Below are positions 36,458 through 48,800 of a stretch of 64,000 nt of DNA, piece by piece. Made by a program: the position numbers and the translations under genes. The notes below the pieces were generated by a model. That model ran no database searches. It saw only the letters and a program-made list of their open reading frames with translations, and had not been told where the DNA came from. Every line of letters starts with the position of its first letter. Position 1 is the first letter of the stretch. This DNA comes from Dudresnaya verticillata (lineage: Eukaryota), in assembly GCA_977862235.1 (NCBI GenBank), contig OZ374564.1, positions 1,736,001 to 1,800,000 of the forward strand, in the 5' to 3' direction.

Positions 36458-38709
36458 GATTTCTCCCACAGCGTTGGGTCGCGGGATCTGTTGTTGGGGG
36501 TGGCCAGCCAGTGCCTGCTGGACGGTTGATGTTGGCGACGAATCAACAGCGGCGGAGACAGTGGCGACGATGGCGGCGACGACGGTGGCGACGACGGTGG
36601 CGACGACGCCGGTGGCGGTGACGGTGGTGGGCGGGGGGGCATACCGCCTGTCCGCCGTGCTGCATTTCGCGCGCTTTCCGCGCGGTTTGTGTTTGAAATG
36701 CGTCACGTCACACTCGGAGTGACGAAAACGGTGAGTATCCAATGTACATGTGCCAAGTACTTGTTGTTTGAGTATAGAGTAAATGTATTGGCTAGAGCCC
36801 CACCAATCAGCAACTGAGTATATGCGACGTGGCCCTATCTCTGTCTGAGTATAGAGCACGACTATTGGCTCAGCAATGTTGACTGACACCAGCCGCACCC
36901 CGGGTGCCACGGTACACGCCCTATAAAATGCGCCTAAGTTGATTAGGCAATAGAATGAGCCGCCACAGAAGTGCTGGCGCACTGTAAGTCATGTGTGCGA
37001 ATTAAGGTGTAAGACGCCCACTCGCGTCAAGCCGTAAGGCGCGCACAAGCGCCGTGCGCTGTAATGGCGATGTGCCCCACTGGCGTCCCTGCTGGCACCA
37101 AATCTGATGGCCAATTGCCATTGGGTAATTTATTGTGGCCGCTCACGCGGTCCGACGCGGTACTACCACTAATCCGTATTTATAACTGACAACAGTACTA
37201 TTAGATTAATAATCACAGCTAGAATAGCTTAGAATAGCTCATAGGAGGTAAGAGCATTTCCGGATCTGCTATACTTAATAGGCCCCTGGGTAGCACGGGC
37301 CTCCAGAATAGAACCCTACGGTGGATTTGTGTCTTTTGCCCTTTTCTGGGATTCACGGACTCACCGTATCGTTTTCCCCTTTCAGGCGCTCTGCGATCCT
37401 TGTCTCCGCACGACGAAAGCTTTGCGCGAGCTGGGTAGCGCCGCTCTTCCCTTCTCCCCTTTTTCCTAGGCTTTGTGCCTTTTTCCCCAAGTCTATACCA
37501 ACTCCCTTTTCCCCCCGAGCTACGAAAGCTAGTGTTGGCCATAGGACAGGTGTCCTGGTTGTTTCCGTTCTACCTGGCCCCGTGGTCATTCTACTACAGT
37601 GGTCTCCCGACCTAGCAGCGTTTTCAGAGTCGGCCCCTTTTTACTACCTCATCCTCAAGTCGTTGTACGGAACTTTCCACGCAACGAGAATTCCCCGTGC
37701 AAGAATTCAAGGAACAACTTTCTGAGGGTAAAAACCCTGTCGGGCAAGTGTCGACGGTCTCTCAGCTTCATATCAAGCTTCGAAGTTGCATCAAATTCGA
37801 GATAAGCAACGGCCACTGCTTCTGCGGTTGAAATCGTGTACAAAGAAGAAGATCCCGGTCGTGGAGTGTGGCCACATGGAGTGACGCCCCTTCAAGCAAT
37901 GCTTCCTGTAGGTTATCGTGACACCTGTCATCAAATACTCGTATGTGTATGGGTTGTGTGGGGGCGCACGCTCGAAGTTCCTGTGCTATAGACGCTGTGC
38001 GCAAAAAACGATTCCGTGGTCTACGTGAAAATAATCGAGAAATACGAATTTCGTACTGACTCCGTGAATGCGCACACCACGATGGCAAACGCATTACAGT
38101 GCGCATACTGTGCGCGCGCCACGATTACATTCGCATTACGTCCCGCACGTGATAAGAAATCGCTGACACCCCCGGACGAATTCCGAGCTGACTTCGTGAT
38201 CCCGCGCGCCACGATGGCATTCGCATTACAGTGCGTACCCGATACGAAATCGCTGACACCTTCGTGATCTTCCCGTTGTTTCCCGCGCGTAACGGCACCG
38301 AGGCCCACGACGCGCGTGCACCTCCGTATGCATCGCTGGCGCACTTCGTAAACGCCACCATACGTGAGACGACCGTTCGTTGGCACCGAGGCCGTTACGA
38401 ATCATTCGAGTACGAACCGTCTCCCGTGTTGACGTGTATTCGTGCTCACGTAGTAGTACTTAGCCAGTCGTCTAGCACAACCTCCGAGAGTTTCCGGTAA
38501 GCGACTAGCGCCCGGACCTCGGACTCTTCGGTAAACGCCTGTTTCTTCGAGTTCGGTGTCTTCGTCTTCGTGACCGCGGGGCACCCTCGCGCCTATATGC
38601 GTTCATTCTATGTTCTATGTATGGGATTCGCCCATGTCCGGCCACACGGAAGCAGGGGTTAGTCTCTCAAGAGATGAGCCAATGTATACGGCTACAGAAG
38701 AGAGGACCT

Positions 38710-38835
38710 TGGATAGAAGTAAAACATGGACTGATGAAAGAAGAGTCAAGACTCTGGATAGATGTATAACATGGGTAGATGTTAGAAGGATTGGATCCTG
38801 GATAGACGCATGGAAATGGATAGATGTAATCAAGA
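38710..38835 (+). repeat. Degenerate TGGATAGA-cored tandem repeats inside the LTR element
   Basis: tggatagaagtaaaacat, tggatagatgtataacat, tggatagacgcatggaaa, tggatagatgtaatc. Confidence 0.7.
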
Positions 38836-39912
38836 GGTGAACTCTGTAAGATGGGTTCTACCAAAGCGAGCGTGCTCTTCAGAGCTAGGAGTTGATCCTA
38901 GGTTAGCGGAGTAACTGTGTATAGTACACCAACTATCGCTATTCATAAGGTTGGCGACATTACTGAAGGCCAGATTAAGAAATAAGGCCAAACTCGAGCA
39001 CAGAGGCTATTGTTAGGCAGAATTGCCGGAACATGGCTACCCCAAGGAATCAATCCTGAAAGGCAGACGCTATGGCGACGAATCTCCCCTCGGGGCGGGT
39101 AAGGAACAGTGGAGATGGCCAACTGGTAATTTACTGCAACAATAACTACCAGCACGATGACGCTTGACGGCAGCTGGACCGCCCAAAAGCTGACGCTGCA
39201 ACCTGTACGGGGCATTGAGTCCGAAGTTTTGCTAACTACCTCCCAACAAAAGGGCGCTAGTGCCAAACCCAGTGGGGGCGTAAGGCAAAAATACGCCCAA
39301 TCCTAGACTCATGAGTCTCGATACCACGACTCCCGTCCAAGTTGGGAAACCCGTTGGAAATCGAGTGGGACCCCATTGATATGGGATGAGTAAGCGCCAA
39401 GCGTATTGACGCTGAGAATTCTGGAGGCCGCGCGGGCTTGAAGCCGACGCCGCTGACCTCTACCTCGTGGTTGTGGCAATGGGACAAGCCCATGGCGCTG
39501 GCATCCAAATTGTGCTTGCAACGAGAGACCAAAGCCCACGGAAGGGCTACAGCAAGGCGGCGGAGCGGTGTGGCCAATTGGCAGAAATAAAGGCTTTCGC
39601 GCCAAAATACGCTACAGAGCGTCGCTCTGTACTGTAGAGCAACTGCTGACATTGCTGTCACGCTGTTAAGCCGCGACAGACGCTGTGGAGGCGTATTGTT
39701 CAACCAATAATAGATTGTCCCACGATTCCTGAACAGGCGAAGGCACCACTGTCTCACTGGGAAGGAAAGTGGGAACAGACGTGAAGGCTCGAAGCCTACC
39801 AAGGCGTTGTGTTACGCATACAAGACGAAGTTTATTGGTAAGCCGTTAAGCCGCTGGAGTAGGTTTCTAGCGCCAATCAGGCTCGATGCCTCAAGACAAA
39901 GGCCTGACTCGG

Positions 39913-42202
39913 CTAATCCGATGGGAGGTCAATGACCTCGTCATCGCCAAGAGGCGGATTAGGCGCAGAAGGAGCCCGCGTCGTCACGATGCGTCGCACC
40001 TCGCGGATGATCCGCCGACCCTGACCACGACGCGGGCCGCGACCTCGGCGGGTACCCTCCATAGCTGCACCACGAGCCTTGTTGGCTGGAAATTCAAGGT
40101 CCATCGGCGTCATTTCAGGTGCAACACCTCCGCCCTCATTAGGCTCCAACTCCTCCTCGTCCTTGAGGACCAGTTCCGTCTTGACGATCAAGTCGTCAAT
40201 AGCTTTCGGCTCATCGCTCGTCGGCGCCGAGGTAACCTCCTTGGCTCCACCTGAAGGCAGCTCAGCCTGACCCGGCATAGACGGCGGCGCTACTGTAGGG
40301 CCTGGCCCTGACGAAGCCTCCACTGCCTCGCTGATAGCAGACGGATTCGGCTGCAACGGCCCGGATGGCGCCACTCTTGAAGTAGGCACGGCGCCTGGAA
40401 GCACGGAGCGCAGAGGGACGCCAACTCGAGAAGCAGATGGCTGAGCCGGACCGCCGGTCTTGGATGATATAGTTGCCGCAGCCGGCGGCCCAGCAGTTAC
40501 ACCCTCGCTAGAGACCCCAGCCGACGGCTCTTCGCGCCGAATCTTAGGTGCGTCAGCCTCAGTGGCCTCACGAGCATCTGGCGCTAGAATGGCGCCAGAA
40601 GAGCCCTGGGCAGAAGAACCCGGCTTACCGTAGCTGATGCCGTGGCGGACCTTAGAGCTAGGCTCTTCCTTGATCTTCACTCCAGGCTCACCTGTAACCT
40701 TGACCCCACCCACCGGGGGCAACTTATTCAGGTGAGTCAAAAGGCGGTCAATGGGACCCGGTTTCCCAACCCAGTGAGCTTCATACTCGGCTAGGACCTC
40801 CTAAACCCAGTCAGCGAGACTGTGAAGGTTGAGGAAGTAGATGCCCCAATGAGCAGCGAGCCGGATGGCTAAGCCACAACGTCCAAATAGATCTCAGATC
40901 TCACTGTCGGCTCGATGATGGTGAGCCAACACTGGGGCGTACGGCCCCTGAGGGTCCCCGTCCACAGTGTCGTCGAAGGGAGGCACGGCATCAGGGTGTT
41001 TAGGCTTCATCCCGCCAGCGGACGCTGACCCACCCCCTGGTATTACCAGTCCGACGCTGGCCCTCATCCAACAAGATGGACTCACCCTCTTCGGGTATAG
41101 GGGCCATTAAGTGGTCCGGAAGGACTGGGTGCCACTTGGCGGCGTCGAACTATACCCAGTCGCCGCGGTCGTATACTGGCGTCACGTGGCCGGTATTCTC
41201 AGGCAAGTGCCTATTGCGCTTTGAAATGCCGCTCCAGCGAATGAGCTCTACAAATAACAAGAGTTGTTCCAGGTCCTGAGCATCCTTCGCGGTGGCGCAA
41301 GAGGCAGATTCGTCTATAGTGCGGATGGCCCCTCGAAGTCGGGAATTGATGAAATACAACAGCCCCCGATGGGCTTCGTACACCAACACCTGCGTCACCA
41401 GGATGATCCATTCGTGGCGGCATATCGACCACAAGACACTCTCGTCTGGGTGACCGTCCATCATCTTCAAGCCAAGGTAGGCTACGATGGTGGGCGTCCC
41501 CACTGGCATGGAGTAGGACACTTCAATGTCCGTGTGGTCCCCGGCGACTTGAGGGTACTTGACCCTATAACCCTCCGGTCGGATAGAGGGAACCTCTTGG
41601 CAATGCGCCGGGACGAAACAGCCGGTGCGGTGACGGTTCCGACGTTCGAAACGTACTAAATCGGACGACATGGGCGTTTGGGGGTTGTGCGGGGCATACT
41701 TGAAGTTTGAAGTTTCATCCCAACGGACAAATGTGGTGTAAGGGTAGTTGTACCTGCCGCTGCGGATCAGCGGGCGCTTGTGCGCCACCATACCAAGGTC
41801 GAGTTCCCCAACGTCATGAACGTGTTGGATTTGTTCCAGCTCATAATTGTGCTTGTTACATAAGGTGGTTGTATAGCGCACCTCATGAAGGAAGCGCGGG
41901 TGCGCTAGATCCCTCTGCCACGGCCCCGTGAGGGTGGGCAGACGACGAGTCAATCCAGTTAATAGGCTCACGCGGGCACGGGCATGCGAATGCCACGTGC
42001 GACGCTGCGCCTTGCGCATTCCATGCCGGCGGATATCCGTGCGGTCAGCGCCAGCCTGTGCTTTCAGGTGCGCCAAGTCAGTGCGCACCCTCCAGTCGCG
42101 ACTCTCCTTAACGGAGAAGGGGACGCCAAAATCGTCGACGTCCACGCCTAGCACACTAACGCTTGAGCTGGCGGCCCCATAAGCCATCTGGCTGTTACTC
42201 AT
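39913..42202 (-). pseudogene. Antisense extra ORF of the LTR element (~760 codons, unknown function)
   Basis: ORFs 41150-42235 and 39913-40740 are linked by a coding-like bridge with TAG/TGA stops and one frameshift (...HRADSEI*DLFGRCG...DWV*EVLAEYEAHW...). Confidence 0.6.
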
Positions 42203-45047
42203 CCGACTTCGACGGTACGAACGAGTCGACCACAATAGTCAAGATGACTCTTCTTTCCGAAAGAAACTCGACGGCGCAGCCGTAGGATGATAGTATGTTA
42301 GGCTAGGACACCGGAGACCGCAGCCGAAGAATGGCGCTCGTACCCACGCACAGCCACCGCGGCTCGTTAAGATGGGTGGTTTGAACACCGCGTGGCGGTA
42401 GACTTGAGACGCAAGGAGCGTGAAGGGCGCGGAGGCTGTGGTTGGCGATAATGAGAAAGTGCGGGCGCTCACTGGGAGCTGTAGCGGAAGCTGCTGTGAT
42501 GCCGTTGAAGTATGCAGCCGCTTTGGGCTTTCCGCGCGAAAGTGCACAAAGGTCGCCGGAATAATGAGACGGGCGCCGTCGAGATTGGGACGGCGAACCA
42601 AGTGATTTGTCACTATTGAGAACCGTTGCAAAACCACCGCCCGTGGCGGTGGTTACAAGTGAGCTGTTGGCCCAATATGCTACTGGGATTTCAATCTTGC
42701 CCAAGACGGGGCCAATAGAAACAGCCTTGCTGGCTTCGCGGATCTCTCAGCCTTAACGAGGGGGCGGTGTGGAAGAATGAGCCGCCACAGAAGTGCTGGC
42801 GCACTGTAAGTCATGTGTGCGAATTAAGGTGTAAGACGCCCACTCGCGTCAAGCCGTAAGGCGCGCACAAGCGCCGTGCGCTGTAATGGCGATGCGCCCC
42901 GCTGATGTCCCTGCTGGCACCAAATCTGATGGCCAATTGCCATTGGGTAATTTATTGTGGCCGCTCACGCGGCCCGACGCGGTACTACCACTAATCCGTA
43001 CTTATAAATGACAACAGTACTATTAGATTAATAATCACAGCTAGAATAGCTTAGAATAGCTCATAGGAGGTAAGAGCATTTCCGGATCTGCTATACTTAA
43101 TAGGCCCCTGGGTAGCACGGGCCTCCAGAATAGAACCCTACGGTGGATTTGTGTCTTTTGCCCTTTTCTGGGATTCACGGACTCACCGTATCGTTTTCCC
43201 CTTTCAGGCGCTCTGCGATCCTTGTCTCCGCACGACGAAAGCTTTGCACGAGCTGGGTAGCGCCGCTCTTCCCTTCTCCCCTTTTTCCTAGGCTTTGTGC
43301 CTTTTTCCCCAAGTCTATACCAACTCCCTTTTCCCCCCGAGCTACGAAAGCTAGTGTTGGCCATAGGACAGGTGTCCTGGTTGTTTCCGTTCTACCTGGC
43401 CCCGTGGCCATTCTACAACAGCAATGCCTTGATCATTCGCGGTTCAGATAAATACTCGACAAACCTATGATTGTCCATCCAACCGCGTAGCGCAGAACGA
43501 TAGCTCACGCCAGGCACAGTGACAGGGACGCCTCGAATAGGATATGAGCTCTTGCCGTTCTTGAATACCACGAACGAGGGCTGAATTTGTGCAAAACGAC
43601 CTCCCGTCATGCGCACCATGACTGTGATATGCTCATCGCCCCCACAACGTCAGCATATCGGATACATGTCTGACCTTTGAGACCGACTGTCCGTCCACTA
43701 TGCAGGTGGAGCACAAAATGGGTCTCATCCGCATTCTCCATCACATCTTCATCATGTTCCCCGCTTTCGAAACCCCGTTTCAATTTACCGAGGTGCACTG
43801 CAATTTCCATATCAATGCGGGCCTGCTTCTCTGCACTAACAGATAGTTTGCCACATGCCCGCAACACAACGAGGTCATGCTTCATCATGAAGTACTGCAC
43901 CCATCGCACAGTAATACGCAAAATAGGGGTTAAATTGTCTCCATTTGAGCCCCGAATTGTGTTAGAATGGAAATATGAGCAGTCAGGTTCCGCGGCGTGC
44001 ATCAATGAGCGTGCGACGACAGCGAGAAACGCTGGATAAATCTTAACATGCATTGCTTGTAACTTCTCAAATTCTTGCAGCAAGTGATTGTGTAGGTCTC
44101 TTGTCCACGTCTGACTCTTTTTGCCGCGCCGTGGAAGAGCTTTAAATGCATGTTTTCGCGCTCCAGTGCCACTTATGGCATATATGCCGATGTATACATT
44201 GATCCATCCCGCACCATACTATCACTAAGGTTATGGTATTGCGAACGGTTGTTCCACCAGCGCTTGGACTTCTCAAACTGCGACTTGTAATTTCCACTCA
44301 ATTTGCTACGGAAGGTCTGCATAGCTTTGGGTATCAGCCGTTTTATTCCGGCGCGATCGAACTCTGTCTCCATCCAAAGAACTATTTTACGGCGCTAAGC
44401 TATTGTGCTGACAACATGCGACTCCTTCTGAATTGTTCTAGAGGAACCGGAAGTTACAGATGGAGAGCCTGCGGATGGAGGTGCGTGGGTATTGTTGGTA
44501 GTCGGCAGGTTGGCGTCGGCTCCTGCCGCTTGTTGGTCAAGGCGAGCCCGCATTGTTGCGAAGCTTCTTTCGATGGAGCCGTCGGTGAGCATGATGATGA
44601 TGCAGTGTGGTTGAAACGATGCTATCCCTTGATGTGCTTGTGATCGGGGACAAAATGGCGACTCCCGAAGCCCGCAGATCTAATGAACAGTCTGGTAAGC
44701 GCCGTCGCTCCCGCGGGACACGCGTGTGCAGGGAGTATTGCTGAAAAATTAATCCCGTAACAAGTTGGACAACCCGATTTAGCATGGATTAGGAATCTAA
44801 TTTGTTAAATAACCTGAACCAAGTTATTTGTGAATCCACGTTAAATTCGTAATCCAACTTAATTGCGATATTTACCTGTAGTAAAACGGGCCAGTTTATT
44901 GCACGAAGTATGACGAATATGACTGAAAACGCAGTTGGGTCCAATTCTCCAGCTTCAGCTAGAGTGTTTGCCAAAGTGAGCTTTTCAACGTGTACACTTG
45001 TACGGGCCATATGTATTAGATATTCATGTTTTTTCAGACCCCGAGTA

Positions 45048-45175
45048 TCCCACGTACAACAGCACTGACAAAAGCGACAGCGTTGGCAGCGTACACCCAC
45101 GTACGACAGCACTGACAAAAACGACAGCATTGACAGCATTTTCACCACTAAATGGACCTGCTGGGCAGCAGGTCC
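45048..45175. repeat. Two ~47-bp tandem units followed by a 10-bp-stem hairpin
   Basis: cccacgtac(a/g)acagcactgacaaaa(g/a)cgacagc x2; GGACCTGCTG-GG-CAGCAGGTCC at 45154-45175. Confidence 0.65.
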
Positions 45176-45846
45176 TTTCTCTGGCCCGGCATGGACTGTT
45201 TTGGTCCGCATTTTGTTTATTCGAGCTGGCGCTAGAGTACTACAAGTACATGTGAGGCACGAGCGGAATTTTTAGGACCATTCCGGCTCACGATTACCAC
45301 ACCTGTACACGATTTGCAAGCATGCGCCCCGTCCCATCTCATGTCTCACTTGTAACGGCCACATCATGCACCAATCATATCTCTAGCACTGATATATCAA
45401 GCAGCATTTCTTCACCTCAGAGGCTTCACCTCACCGCCACGATGGGTCATTTTTTTGCAAGTCGAATCAAGTTGAGTGCGTCACGTCGAGTGGTTATGTG
45501 GCGCACGGGGTCAGGGCTTTTATGTCCTCTCCATGGGCGCATCAAGACCGCATCGACCGACGGACGGTCGCCTGAAACGGCTCATTCGCCGTTGGCGGGA
45601 ACACGTCGTCGACGATTGGCCTACCGTCACGCGGGCGCCATACCCCGCGTCAGGCGCGCCCGTCGCACTGTAGCGCGCCAGTCGCACTGTACGGCACAAC
45701 ACTTGGAAGCGTATCTGGATGATGCATCGAGATCAAAAAGGTGTAAGGTGCTTCAGTGTCAGCTTGGCTGGCATCCCGATTGAATCCGGATCCGACATCC
45801 GGATTGGACATCGGGATCGGCTATAGTGAAGGTGCGCCTGTAATAC

Positions 45847-48800
45847 TGTCGTCAATCGGGATCTGAATCCGGATCACCTACAGCACCACGCAGGCGTGCT
45901 TCTATAAGACGCGCATGACGGCGTACAGCGGCTGCACCACCCCGGGACGTGCAAGACGCACATTCATGCGACATGCGTCCCGGGATCCCGGACACCACGT
46001 TATGCAGCCGCCGCACCGCGGCCCCGTAGCATTACTTAGGTACCTCGTCTAGAACGTAGCAGTAAAGCCCCGGTAAGCCGGTTTGGGCCTGGATGTGGTG
46101 CAACACCCAAAAACGGGGCTTGTCCCAACCGTGTTCGACGCGGTCCCCCGCTGTGAGGTAGCAGGCGCCACGCGGTGAGGCGGGCACCGGTGTGGTGGTA
46201 GAGCCAACAGGACACGGGGTGTGCCCCGAATGGTTGACAGCGAGTTCGGGGTCGACTGTAAAACCCCGAACCGCCGGAAGTGCCGTAATGCACATAAAGT
46301 AATGAAGGGGATTACACCGGTGAGTGCTGTTGAAGACAGGCGTTGGAACGGGGTACGTAGGCCCGGTTCGCGCGCGGTGCTGTCACCGAGGGCGAAGCTG
46401 AGGGTATCTACGAGTTCCTAAGCCTGGTTGGCGCTTTACTGTGAGAGGGGTTCACCCCGTATACTAAGTATCCCCCGCGGGAGGTGCGCGCGCGTGTCTG
46501 GCGCCGTTCGCCTGACACTTAGCATACGCGCGCACCGGGAGCTCACTAAAATATCGCGCAAAAATAGTTAGCGTAGAAATAGTACTGTCGCACTGTAAAT
46601 CAGTGTAAACTAAGGGTGTGCATGGCTGGCGCGCACCCGATCGAGGACTCCCCCGGATATGTTCGGCGCGCGTGTTGCGGGTGTACACGTGGAGGCGTGT
46701 CACCAGTGTGTACTGTTGGCGCATACTGTACGGGCGCGCACGCACCGTGCCAAGGGCGTGTTGCCCATTGGCCGGATCTCGCGCGCGCGGCATCCCCGCA
46801 CAGGCCCATCCAACCCCCGGTTATCGGAGTATGTTCCGTTCGCAGTTGAACCGCGTGTGCCGTCGTCCGCTCGCCGCGCCAGCGGGTGGGTGTAGCGATA
46901 TATAAAACGGGGCTTAACCCCGGGGCCTTGCACCACACTGGACTTCCCCTTTCGCGTCGCGCGCATTCAACCGCTACCTGAAGGCCTCAACGTCCGTCTA
47001 CCCGTGCTTCCACGTCCGCTACAGACCTCGATGTGCTTCTTTTGGGGTTTTCTTTCCCTTTCTATTTGCGCTTTGCGCGTTTACAGTCTGCCCCTAGCGT
47101 ACCATTGCTCTACCACTATCCGTCGGAGACGCGCTACCCACCGAGACGAACTACTTGGACTTGTCTACCGTCAACGACTATTTTCACGACAACTGGTCTC
47201 CCGACCTAGAAGGTGCTACGTTTCTACGAACCTTAACGTCTGTGAGACGATCGCTTAACCGTCACTTTGACATTCTGCCCATCGTTTACGATGTTCGCCT
47301 GCTTCTTTGCAACCATTGTCCACCAGGACCACCGTTATCGCTCGCATCCTCCCGACGCCCGTTTTCGACGCCTGGCAGTAGCCACCGTCGGGACCGGCCC
47401 GACCAATGACGACACGATCAGGTCGTCACGTCAGCCCGGAGATTTCCTCAGCATTTACGGCACCTCGGGATCGTGACGTGTCACACGCTTCGCTAAACAG
47501 GGGAGGACCAGCTCCCCCGCCGTGTGGTATAGACGCTGTGCGCAAATCGACTCCGTGGTTTACGTGAAAATAATAGCGAAACACAAATTTCGAAGTGACT
47601 CCGTGAATGCGCACGCCACGATGCAAACGTATTATAGTGCGCATACTGTGCTCGCGCCACGATGGAAAACGTGTTACAGTGCGCATACTGTGCGCGCCAC
47701 GATGGCAAACGTATTACAGTGCCCATGCGATACGAAATCGCTGACACCTCCGGACGAATTCCGAGCTGACTTCGTGATCGCGCGCGCCACGATGGCAATT
47801 TGCATTATAGTTCGCACCCGATACGATATCGCTGACACCTTCGTGGTTTTGTCGTTGTTTCCTACGCGTAACGGCTCGGAGGCCCACGACACGCGTGTAC
47901 CTCCGCATCCACCGCTGGCGCACTTCATAACCGTCACCATACGTGAGACGACCGTTCGTTGGCACCGAGGCCGTTACGAATCATTCGAGTACGAACCGTC
48001 TCCCGCGTTGAGGTGTATTCGTGCTCACGTAGTAGTACTTAGCCAGTCGTCTGGCACAACCTCCGAGGGTTTCCAGTAAGCGACTAGAGCCCGGACCTCG
48101 GACTCTTCGGTAAACGCCTGCTTCTTCGAGTTCGGTGTCTTCGTCTTCGTGACCGCGGACACGGTCGAGCATCGCTTTCTATAGCCCCGCGCACGCGGAG
48201 TCATCCCCGGTGATCGATCGCTCGAGTTCTCCCTCCCGCGCACGAATACGTCGACACCGTGGTCCTTCGTGTTGGTCGCTCCGCTCTACCACGCTACCAC
48301 CCCTTCTCCTTTCTCCGTTAGGCTACGAAGCCACACGTTAGGCTCCGAGGCCATTCCTTACAGTGCGAGACTTCCCCGCGTCTCCGTGGACATTCGTTAT
48401 ACCACGCGCCGAATCCGATCCTCGTCCATTCTTCAGTCCCGGAAGGTTGCGCCCTCCGTACCTACCACACATATGTTGACTCCGCCGACACCGTCCAAGC
48501 GGAACAACAACACGCCGTAGACGGACGTTGCCAGCCGCCTAGCGCCTCTGGGCGTCGTCGACGATTCACCACCTGCAAGGGACTGTTGTCCCACACCCCA
48601 CGGCAATGCCGAATGTTCCCCGGCAGAGCCGTCGGGTCAACATGGTAACGCCGAAACGTCACCGGTGAGGCAAAGCCCGACGCTCCCTTCGCCTGCGACG
48701 CCTCCTGCGTCAGCTCGCGTGGGTAATCTCACGAGACCGCGCGAACGCATCCGGGAATTTGCGTCATCGAAGACGATGCGCTGTTAGTGCGATTCGCGTG

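Larger units (their letters stand above)
27325..36921. mobile_element. Mutator-like element (MULE), 9597 bp, probably non-autonomous
   Basis: 9-bp TSD TATAAAATG (27316-27324 and 36922-36930). Imperfect ~190-bp TIRs start GGGTCTGTAACGTGGCACCC / GGGCGTGTACCGTGGCACCC, each with three TATACTCA motifs. Internal FAR1/WRKY-like and SWIM domains. Confidence 0.9.
36952..43420 (+). mobile_element. Non-autonomous LTR retrotransposon (LARD-like), 6469 bp; LTRs 36952-37598 and 42768-43420
   Basis: ~650-bp LTRs differing by about 10 substitutions by eye; 3' LTR is TG...CA; PBS TGGTCTCCCGACCTAG at 37600; PPT AACGAGGGGGCGG before 42768; 5-bp TSD GCAAT (36947-36951, 43421-43425). No gag/pol on the sense strand. 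Confidence 0.92.
23831..44592 (-). pseudogene. pogo/DDE_1 transposase pseudogene split into 44592-43421, 36946-36922, 27315-27304 and 24272-23831
   Basis: ENADETHF (D1), GWMD, and the rejoined ILYVDNYSGH (D2)...FPANSTDKVQPAD (D3, 36-residue spacing). Contains internal stops and frameshifts. Confidence 0.85.
23637..44878 (-). mobile_element. pogo-like (Tc1/mariner superfamily) DNA transposon, ~2.13 kb when the three nested inserts are removed
   Basis: 23-bp TIRs CAGGTAAATAACGTAATTAAGTT (23637) and CAGGTAAATATCGCAATTAAGTT (reverse complement ending 44878), each flanked by TA. Confidence 0.85.

Noticed and set aside
36458..36982. First 175 aa of the 918-aa ORF
   Set aside because: Runs through the MULE TIR, TSD and adjacent LTR, so it cannot be genuine coding sequence.
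38050..38835. Repeat clusters that could look CRISPR-like
   Set aside because: Degenerate, irregularly spaced, inside an LTR element, no cas genes, eukaryotic context.
45154..45190. Helitron 3' end suggested by a GC-rich hairpin
   Set aside because: No CTRR terminus at the expected ~10-12 nt distance on either strand and no Rep/helicase sequence.
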